Part shown: positions 6,487-11,352 of the stretch, one piece after another
How positions within the stretch are numbered: the first letter of the stretch is position 1
Layout: every line of letters begins with the position of its first letter
Assembly (NCBI GenBank): GCA_003170135.1
Contig: PMZR01000104.1
Span: 1,183 to 12,534 of the forward strand
Source: Acidobacteriota bacterium
GTDB taxonomy: Bacteria; Acidobacteriota; Vicinamibacteria; Vicinamibacterales; Fen-181
Length of the DNA stretch: 11,352 nt
Direction: 5' to 3'
The notes under the pieces: model-generated
What the model was told of the DNA's origin: nothing
Database searches by the model: none
Seen by the model: only the letters and a program-made list of their open reading frames with translations
Position numbers and translations under genes: made by a program

Positions 6487-6720
6487 TTACAGCTTGTAAC
6501 CGAAGATCGCGAAATCCGGGCAGTACATCCCGCACAGATCGCAGCCGGAGCACGCCTCCGGCTTGAGGACCTCGGGCGGGTGGTAGCCCTTGCTCGTGAA
6601 CCCGGACGACAGGGCCAGAACGTCGGTCGGACAGAACTCGACGCAGAAGCCGCAGCCTTTGCAGCGTTCGGCCCGGACGACCACCTGACCGCGGACGCGC
6701 GGACGACTTGTGTCAGCCAT
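6487..6720 (-). CDS. korD: 2-oxoacid:ferredoxin oxidoreductase, delta subunit (2x[4Fe-4S] ferredoxin)
   Basis: There are two CxxCxxCxxxCP motifs (CKGCGFCVEFCP and CSGCDLCGMYCP). I place the start at ATG 6720 (MADTSRPRVRG...), giving 77 aa. The 30 extra codons of the ORF-track version (to 6810) run through palindromic non-coding sequence. Confidence 0.88.
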   Translation of the reverse strand: MADTSRPRVRGQVVVRAERCKGCGFCVEFCPTDVLALSSGFTSKGYHPPEVLKPEACSGCDLCGMYCPDFAIFGYKL

Positions 6721-6733
6721 AACAATTTCCGGA

Positions 6734-6746
6734 ACCTGGACCAGGT
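6734..6746. promoter_or_regulatory. 13-bp palindrome ACCTGG-A-CCAGGT, 14-26 nt upstream of the korD start, flanked by an A7/T7 tract
   Basis: The 6-1-6 inverted repeat was read directly. T7 at 6751-6757 corresponds to A7 on the coding strand. It could be an operator or a 5'-UTR element. No promoter hexamers could be assigned confidently. Confidence 0.3.
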
Positions 6747-6805
6747 CAGTTTTTTTGAGGCAACGCGATGTGGCGCGGACCGCACGGCTGCCACACCGCA
6801 CAGCT

Positions 6806-6835
6806 GCCACATGTGGCGCAGGACTTCAGTCCTGC
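6806..6835. promoter_or_regulatory. Two abutting palindromes upstream of the kor operon: GCCACATGTGGC (6806-6817) and GCAGGACT-tc-AGTCCTGC (6818-6835)
   Basis: The first is a perfect 12-bp palindrome and the second an 8-2-8 palindrome, both read directly. Nearby direct repeats are ATGTGGCGC (6768-6776 and 6811-6819) and GCTGCCACA (6787-6795 and 6803-6811). The region looks REP-like or operator-like. Confidence 0.35.
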
Positions 6836-7063
6836 GACCCTCGGTTGCGCTCTACTACGCAAGCGATGTTCCGCAAAGCGACGGGGGGAAGAAACCCGAG
6901 GGATTCCTGGGGTTTACGCCGTGCGGCCTGCCGGTTGCGAAAACTCCGCGCGCTCGAGCTGCCGGGTTGCCGGCGCCGGGGCCAAACGCGGACTGCGCAT
7001 TTTACTACAGCTGGAGGTTCCGTCGCGAAACGGCACCAGCGCACCATGACGCCGCCCGTGCCG

Positions 7064-7095
7064 CCCACCCACTGCCCACTACCCACTGCCCACTG
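7064..7095. repeat. Heptamer tandem array, CCCACTG-type, about 4.5 units
   Basis: The sequence reads CCCACCC ACTGCCC ACTACCC ACTGCCC ACTG. It abuts the stop codon (7096-7098) of the aminotransferase gene. On the minus (mRNA) strand it reads CAGTGGG repeats. Confidence 0.8.
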
Positions 7096-8415
7096 TCACG
7101 TCATCCGCATGTACCGGCCGACGGTCCCGACCAAGCGTTCCACCTCCGCCTGCAGGTTGTAGAAGTGCGGCGCCACGCGCAGGCCGCCGCGGTCCGCGCC
7201 GCCGCGCGCCATCACGGCAATCCGTTCCTTTTCGTACAGCGTCGTTGCCAGCGTGCTGGCGTTCAGCCCGCCCGGCTGGAACGAGATGATCGCGGCCGAC
7301 CGCGTCGGATCGGCGTCGGTCCACACCTTCACGCCCGGGATCTTCTTCAGGCCGTCGATGAGCGCCTGCGCGAGCGCACAGCTTCGCCGCTCGACCGCGG
7401 GCCGTCCGATCGCGTTCTGCAGCTTCAGCGCCTCGCCGAACGCCATCACCGCCGCATCGTCTCGCTGGCCCAGCCCCTCGAAGGTGGTGCTGGCGCCCGT
7501 CGCGCCCGCGTAGAGGCTGATGATGCTGGGCGACAGCTTCGGCAGCGCGTCCTTTCTTATATAGAGGACGCCCACCTCGCGCGGTCCGCACGGCCACTTG
7601 TGCGCGCTGCCGGTGAAGAAGTCCGGCTGCATGTCGGCGAGATCGATGTCGAGGACGCCGAACGACTGGGCACCGTCCACGATCGACAAGGCGCCGCGTT
7701 CGCGGGCCAGGCGGCACAGTTCCTTCGCGGGGAACAGGTCGCCCACCGACGCGGTGACGTGCGAGAAGGCGACGACCTTCGTGCGCGCGGTCATCGCTTT
7801 GGCGAACGCATCGACGTAGTAGTCGGTGCCCGGGTGCGGGTTCACCTGCTCGACGACGCGGACGATGAATCCGAAGCGTTTCGCCTTCTGCTGCCACGCG
7901 CCGAGGAGGCTCGGGTGATTGTCCGAGACCACGACGACTTCGTCGCCGGCCTTCAGGTCCAGGCCGCTCGAGACGATGTTGTTGCCTTCGCTCGTGTTGC
8001 GGGTGATGACGATTTCTTCGGGGGTGGCGTGCAGGAAGTCGGCGAGGAGCTTGCGCGTGGTCTCGCGGCCCTCCCCCACGCGACGACGGTTGGGGAGGGA
8101 CGGGTCGCGATCCACCCAGCGCGTCTCCGCCTCGAGCACCTCGAGCACCGGCTTCGACGCGGGACACAGGTTGGCCGCGTTCAGGAGCGCCAAATCGGAA
8201 GGCACCAGGAACTTCTCGCGCACGGTCCGCCAGAACGCCTCGTCCTGGACCGCGCCCTGCAGATCCCGGTAGGGCGTGCCTTCAGGCCCGCCGTGGCGGG
8301 ACGCTTCGGGGTCGCGAGGCCCGCGGGGCCCCAGCGCCGCGCCGAGCGGCGCCAGTATTCCCGCGCCGCCCACCATCTTTCCGAACTCACGCCTGCTGAT
8401 GCCCTTGCCGGCCAT
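7096..8415 (-). CDS. Class V aminotransferase-fold PLP-dependent enzyme (isopenicillin-N-epimerase/cysteine-desulfurase-like) with a twin-arginine (Tat) signal peptide
   Basis: SAHKW contains the PLP-lysine motif. The N-terminal block FWRTVREKFLVPSDLALLNAANLCPASKPV is typical of this family. The Tat motif is SRREFGK followed by a hydrophobic stretch (MVGGAGILAPLGAALG). I place the start at ATG 8415, with AGGAGG 5 nt upstream, rather than 8433. This gives 439 aa. Confidence 0.85.
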   Translation of the reverse strand: MAGKGISRREFGKMVGGAGILAPLGAALGPRGPRDPEASRHGGPEGTPYRDLQGAVQDEAFWRTVREKFLVPSDLALLNAANLCPASKPVLEVLEAETRWVDRDPSLPNRRRVGEGRETTRKLLADFLHATPEEIVITRNTSEGNNIVSSGLDLKAGDEVVVVSDNHPSLLGAWQQKAKRFGFIVRVVEQVNPHPGTDYYVDAFAKAMTARTKVVAFSHVTASVGDLFPAKELCRLARERGALSIVDGAQSFGVLDIDLADMQPDFFTGSAHKWPCGPREVGVLYIRKDALPKLSPSIISLYAGATGASTTFEGLGQRDDAAVMAFGEALKLQNAIGRPAVERRSCALAQALIDGLKKIPGVKVWTDADPTRSAAIISFQPGGLNASTLATTLYEKERIAVMARGGADRGGLRVAPHFYNLQAEVERLVGTVGRYMRMT

Positions 8416-8495
8416 GACATCCTCCTCGATCATCTCCGCCTGTCGTCGGAGACAGAGCGCGTCCGCGCCTGCGCATCATCGATCTCGGGCCCCCG

Positions 8496-8579
8496 GGACT
8501 CCGGACTCCGTGGTTCGACAAGCTCACCACGCCCTGAGCCAGTCGAAGGGCGGACTCCGGACTCCGGACCCCGGATTAT
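8496..8579. repeat. GGACTCC heptamer arrays (8496-8509 and 8552-8579) flanking a palindromic hairpin element (8514-8547)
   Basis: Layout: GGACTCC GGACTCC - gtgg - TTCGAC aa GCTCA [ccacgccc] TGAGC ca GTCGAA - gggc - GGACTCC GGACTCC GGACCCC GGATTAT. It lies in the divergent intergenic region between the aminotransferase and MNT genes. Confidence 0.8.
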
Positions 8580-8608
8580 ATCCCCGGGCGCCAGGCCCGC
8601 CGGCCGGG

Positions 8609-8614
8609 TAAAAT
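8609..8614 (+). promoter_or_regulatory. Candidate -10 hexamer TAAAAT immediately upstream of the MNT start. The transcript may be leaderless or short-leader.
   Basis: An AT-rich hexamer stands out in GC-rich DNA. It lies 6 nt before ATG 8621, and there is no convincing SD upstream of either GTG 8615 or ATG 8621. I found no good -35. A second AT-rich hexamer (TTATAT, 8576-8581) lies inside the last degenerate heptamer unit. Confidence 0.2.
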
Positions 8615-8620
8615 GTGCTC

Positions 8621-8974
8621 ATGTCGGATGGTTCTGCGACAAGGCGCCTGCCTCCGCTCGTCCAGGCAACGCTCGACGCTTTCGTCTCGGGCGTACGAGA
8701 GCGGTTCGGATCGCGGGTGACGACGATCACGCTCTTCGGCTCGTACGCCCGCGGACAGGCACATGAGGAATCGGACATCGACTGCCTGATTCTGCTCGAC
8801 TGGCTGGATGCGGCCGACGATCGGGTGATCACCGACATGGCGGCCGATCTTATCTGGGAAATCGGCGGCGCCGTCATCTCGCCGCTGGTCATGTCGGTGG
8901 CCGAGTTCGAACGATGGAAGGCAACGGAACGCCGCGCGCCGATCGAGATCGCGCGGGATGGGATTCCCCTGTGA
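8621..8974 (+). CDS. Minimal nucleotidyltransferase (MNT, Pol-beta-like NTase domain), the antitoxin-type partner of HEPN
   Basis: The signature is LFGSYARGQAHEESDIDCLILLD (GS-x2-RG ... DxD). The protein is small (117 aa from ATG 8621; GTG 8615 is an alternative start). Its stop overlaps the downstream HEPN start. Confidence 0.85.
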   Translation: MSDGSATRRLPPLVQATLDAFVSGVRERFGSRVTTITLFGSYARGQAHEESDIDCLILLDWLDAADDRVITDMAADLIWEIGGAVISPLVMSVAEFERWKATERRAPIEIARDGIPL

Positions 8975-9372
8975 CCGACGACAACAAACGCTCGGCTGTC
9001 GCCTCGGAACTTGCCCGGGCTGATGAATCGCTACGCGCTGCCGAACTGCTGGTCGGCGCGGGCCTTCTGCACGACGCCGAAAGCCGGCTGTACTACGCCG
9101 TCTACCACGCCGCGGTGGCGTTGCTCCTGACTGAGGATCTGCAGCCGCGCTCGCATGCCGGGGTCGCCAGTCTGTTCGGATTGCATTTCGTGAAGACCGG
9201 GCGCATCGATGCCGAGGACGGACGGCTGCTGCTCCGGATGCAAAAATACCGAATCGAGGCCGATTATGGGCGTGACTTCGTGCTCACGGAACCGGCACTG
9301 AACGAAGACCTGGTGGCGTGCCGAGGGTTCATCGACCGCGTGCGCCGCATCATTGCATCGATAGGTTACTGA
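8971..9372 (+). CDS. HEPN domain protein, the toxin-type partner of MNT
   Basis: GTG 8971 overlaps the MNT stop codon in a GTGA 4-nt overlap, giving 133 aa. The protein is helical, with the features LYYAVYHAAVALL, PRSHAGVASLF and RIEADYG that I associate with the classic HEPN family found next to MNT genes. The ORF-track start at 8914 would overlap MNT by 61 nt. Confidence 0.8.
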   Translation: MTDDNKRSAVASELARADESLRAAELLVGAGLLHDAESRLYYAVYHAAVALLLTEDLQPRSHAGVASLFGLHFVKTGRIDAEDGRLLLRMQKYRIEADYGRDFVLTEPALNEDLVACRGFIDRVRRIIASIGY

Positions 9373-9380
9373 CTTCCCGT

Positions 9381-9626
9381 TCACGACCGGCGGCGACGTT
9401 CCTCCAGCGTCCGGTCAAGCGCCTCGAGATCCGGATCCGGTCCGTTCGGCGGCCGTCCAACGACGGTTTCCACGCGCCGTCCGCGATTCGCCCCCCAGCC
9501 GCGCCATCCGCACGTTGAACAACGGAACGGCACTTTCCGCGTCAGCCTGTTGCGCAGCCGCCCCAGCGCCCCGCTCACCTTTGAACGGTGAACCCGGTTC
9601 GATTTGCACTTCGGACAGACATCCAC
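9381..9626 (-). CDS. Small zinc-ribbon protein of unknown function (81 aa)
   Basis: There are two CxxC pairs (CPKC ... 29 residues ... CSTC), in a pattern like 'CPxCxS.RVHRS...RC.xCGWR'. The tail is basic then acidic. AAGGGGG and GGTGG lie upstream of ATG 9626. GC3 is moderate. It is the best of two overlapping ORFs here. Confidence 0.55.
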   Translation of the reverse strand: MDVCPKCKSNRVHRSKVSGALGRLRNRLTRKVPFRCSTCGWRGWGANRGRRVETVVGRPPNGPDPDLEALDRTLEERRRRS

Positions 9627-9695
9627 CGTTCACCCCCTTAGCTCGCTCCCCTGGTTCCTTGTCCCCCACGCCAAGGACCAATGTCGAATGGCCCG

Positions 9696-9744
9696 CAACG
9701 AACGACTAACGACCGGCGACCAACGACCAACGACCAACGACCAT
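9696..9744. repeat. Heptamer tandem array, CGACCAA-type, about 7 units
   Basis: The units are CAACGAA CGACTAA CGACCGG CGACCAA CGACCAA CGACCAA CGACCAT. The array touches the rmlA stop codon (9744-9746). On the minus (mRNA) strand it reads TTGGTCG repeats. Confidence 0.85.
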
Positions 9745-10646
9745 CAACAGATTTCCCCGCCTTCCCTGGCTGCCTCCCTCAGCAGCAGCATCAGGTAATC
9801 GCCGTACTCCGTCTTCGCCAGGTCCTGCGCCAGGCGTTCGAGCTGCGCGGCGTCGATGAACCCCTGGCGGAAGGCGATTTCCTCGAGACAGGCGATCTTC
9901 AGACCCTGGCGTCGTTCGACGGTTTCGATGAACTGGCTGGCTTCAAGTAATGATGCGTGTGTGCCCGTATCGAGCCAGGCATATCCACGACCGATGACGT
10001 CCACGACCAGCCGGCCCTGCTCGAGGTAACACCGGTTCAGGTCGGTGATCTCGAGTTCCCCTCGCTCTGAACGCGTCAGCCCGGCCGCCAGGTCCGGCGC
10101 AAAGCGATCGTAGAAGTAGAGGCCGGTGACCGCGTAGTTGGAACGCGGTGCGGTGGGCTTCTCCTCGATCGATTCCACCCGACCGTTCCGGTTGAAGGTC
10201 ACCACGCCGTAGCGCTGCGGATCGCGCACGTGGTAGGCGAATATCGTCGCGCCCGTCGTGCGAGCGGTAGCGGTCTGAAGCAGGTCGCCGAGACGGCCGC
10301 CATAAAAGATGTTGTCGCCAAGGACGAGCGCGGACGGCTGCCCGTCCAGGAACGCGCGACCGATGATGAGCGCCTCGGCCAGGCCTCCCGGGGACGGCTG
10401 AATCGCGTAGCTGATCTCCAGTCCCCACTGGCGCCCGTCGCCAAGCAGCTGCTCGAACCGCGGAGTGTCCACGGGCGTCGAGATGACCAGGACCTCGCGA
10501 ATGCCCGCCAGCATCAATGTGCTGAGCGGGTAATAGATCATCGGCTTGTCATACACCGGCAGGAGTTGCTTGGAAACAGCCCGGGTGACCGGGTACAGAC
10601 GCGTCCCCGCGCCTCCTGCCAGCACGATACCTTTGCGACGGTCCAT
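9744..10646 (-). CDS. rfbA: Glucose-1-phosphate thymidylyltransferase
   Basis: The protein is 300 aa. The N-terminus [54 protein letters not shown] is the canonical RmlA/RfbA signature, and similarity is full length. AAGG lies upstream of ATG 10646. Confidence 0.93.
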   Translation of the reverse strand: MDRRKGIVLAGGAGTRLYPVTRAVSKQLLPVYDKPMIYYPLSTLMLAGIREVLVISTPVDTPRFEQLLGDGRQWGLEISYAIQPSPGGLAEALIIGRAFLDGQPSALVLGDNIFYGGRLGDLLQTATARTTGATIFAYHVRDPQRYGVVTFNRNGRVESIEEKPTAPRSNYAVTGLYFYDRFAPDLAAGLTRSERGELEITDLNRCYLEQGRLVVDVIGRGYAWLDTGTHASLLEASQFIETVERRQGLKIACLEEIAFRQGFIDAAQLERLAQDLAKTEYGDYLMLLLREAAREGGEIC

Positions 10647-10734
10647 GGTTCTGCCTTTTGATCCGCTGGTGGGGAGCCCCGCCTCTTGCCGCGGGCGCAG
10701 AATAACACGACGGAACGGGTTTGATCATGCGCAG

Positions 10735-10768
10735 GCCAAACGTGCGGTCCGGCTCAGCCGGATTTGGC
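10735..10768. other. Imperfect nested hairpin in the gmhB-rmlA gap, directly after the gmhB stop
   Basis: The structure is GCCAAA-cgtgcggt-CCGGCT-c-AGCCGG-a-TTTGGC, with an outer 6-bp stem, an inner 6-bp stem and an asymmetric internal loop. No U-tract follows on the minus strand, so it is not a canonical terminator. Confidence 0.3.
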
Positions 10769-10770
10769 GC

Positions 10771-11319
10771 TCAGCGGGCCCCCGAGAGGATGTAATCGGC
10801 CGCCGCCCCGAGCGACCCCACGGTGGCATCGGGAACGTCAGCGTGGTGCTCGCGGTAGCCGCCGTCCACCAGCACCGTTCGGCACCCCGCCCGCTGCCCC
10901 GCCTCCACGTCGCGCCACCTGTCGCCCACCATGAAGCTGCGTGACAGATCGACCCCCGCTTCGCGCGCGGCATCGACCAGCATCCCCGCTTTCGGCTTCC
11001 GGCACCCGCAGCCGTCCGCATCGTCGTGGTAACACACGCGAAGATCGTCGATCGGAAGCAGCGAGCGAAGGAAGGCGTGCATCGCCTCGACGACCTCGCG
11101 GGACTGGAGGCCCCGCGCAACGTCCGGCTGGTTCGTCACGACGATGAGCACGAAGCCCGCCCGCTGCAAACGCGCCAGCGCGTCGCCCACGCCGGGCAGG
11201 ATCTCGAGCGTGTCGAGGCCGGAGGGCGGATAGGGCCGGCCCTCGCGGACGATCGCGCGCACGATCACGCCGTCGCGATCGAGGAACACCGCACGTCGGG
11301 TTGCGTTCATTGAATGCAT
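10771..11319 (-). CDS. gmhB: HAD-IIIA family phosphatase, D-glycero-D-manno-heptose 1,7-bisphosphate phosphatase (GmhB)-like
   Basis: Motifs are FLDRDGVI (DxDG), VVTNQ, the Zn-type C-x-H ... C-x-C RKP motif (CYHDDADGCGCRKPKAGML) and VGDRWRDVEAGQRAG. ATG 11310 is an alternative start. The histidinol-phosphatase-like alternative cannot be excluded from sequence alone. Confidence 0.8.
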   Translation of the reverse strand: MHSMNATRRAVFLDRDGVIVRAIVREGRPYPPSGLDTLEILPGVGDALARLQRAGFVLIVVTNQPDVARGLQSREVVEAMHAFLRSLLPIDDLRVCYHDDADGCGCRKPKAGMLVDAAREAGVDLSRSFMVGDRWRDVEAGQRAGCRTVLVDGGYREHHADVPDATVGSLGAAADYILSGAR

Positions 11320-11352
11320 CTCGTACTCGAGTCGCTATCAGGGCCCATCGGC

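Noticed and set aside
6734-6757. ACCTGGACCAGGT followed by T7 on the plus strand as a rho-independent terminator
   Set aside because: The palindrome has a 1-nt centre, so a real hairpin would have only about 4 bp. No plus-strand gene ends upstream of it. It is more likely a protein-binding site or 5'-UTR feature of korD on the other strand.
6892-6915. Hairpin AAACCCGAGG-gatt-CCTGGGGTTT as the terminator of the aminotransferase gene
   Set aside because: The stem is 10 bp with one mismatch, but it lies about 180 nt beyond the stop. On the minus strand it is followed by CTTCCCCCC rather than a U-tract. That is too weak to call.
8415-8433. ATG 8433 as the aminotransferase start
   Set aside because: The only purine-rich stretch upstream of it directly abuts the ATG, leaving no spacer. 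ATG 8415 has AGGAGG at a 5-nt spacing and places the RR motif at a typical distance from the N-terminus.
5986-8766. A 926-aa plus-strand ORF, the longest in the track
   Set aside because: It runs antisense to korA, korD and the aminotransferase gene, and straight through intergenic repeats and palindromes. The product is Arg/Ala/Gly-rich with no recognisable motifs. It is a typical stop-codon-poor shadow frame in high-GC DNA.
9415-9681. Alternative 88-aa minus-strand ORF overlapping the zinc-ribbon ORF, and plus-strand ORFs 9515..9709, 9604..9798 and 9681..9950
   Set aside because: They have no motifs. They read through the CGACCAA array (giving periodic 'TTNDQRP' peptides) or lie antisense to rmlA. 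The double-CxxC frame is the more protein-like.
9744-11319. rmlA plus gmhB as evidence of a novel glycan or LPS island
   Set aside because: There are only two sugar-nucleotide genes. No rmlBCD, glycosyltransferases, flippase or polymerase are in the window, so the data are insufficient for anything beyond the individual annotations.

Overview
This is a GC-rich bacterial chromosomal window, with codon third positions almost all G/C. The taxon cannot be assigned from the sequence. The gene content and repeats would fit a high-GC soil lineage such as Acidobacteriota or Gemmatimonadota, but that is a guess.

The gene content is mostly housekeeping:
- a class A penicillin-binding protein (minus strand)
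- a small predicted secreted protein (plus strand)
- a four-gene 2-oxoacid:ferredoxin oxidoreductase operon in delta-alpha-beta-gamma order (minus strand)
- a class V PLP enzyme with a twin-arginine signal (minus strand)
- an overlapping MNT/HEPN toxin-antitoxin-type pair (plus strand)
- a small zinc-ribbon protein
- rmlA, and a GmhB-like HAD-IIIA phosphatase (minus strand)

I see no transposase, integrase, CRISPR array, tRNA or rRNA, and no recognisable multi-gene defence or secretion system.

The unusual part is non-coding. Almost every intergenic gap, including the gaps inside the oxidoreductase operon, holds tandem arrays with a strict 7-bp period. There are five different unit sequences: GTGCGNN/CGCACNN, GGCCAAA/GGCCTTT, CCCACTG, GGACTCC and CGACCAA. 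Most arrays start within 0-7 nt of a stop codon. Some sit as inverted pairs that could fold into long hairpins.

Other non-coding structures:
- a roughly 213-bp imperfect palindrome downstream of the PBP gene
- a REP-like palindromic hairpin embedded in a heptamer array
- stacked palindromes upstream of the operon

If anything here is undescribed, the heptamer-array family is my best candidate. Its function is unknown and every functional idea below is inference. Many long ORFs in the six-frame track are antisense or off-frame shadows typical of high-GC DNA.
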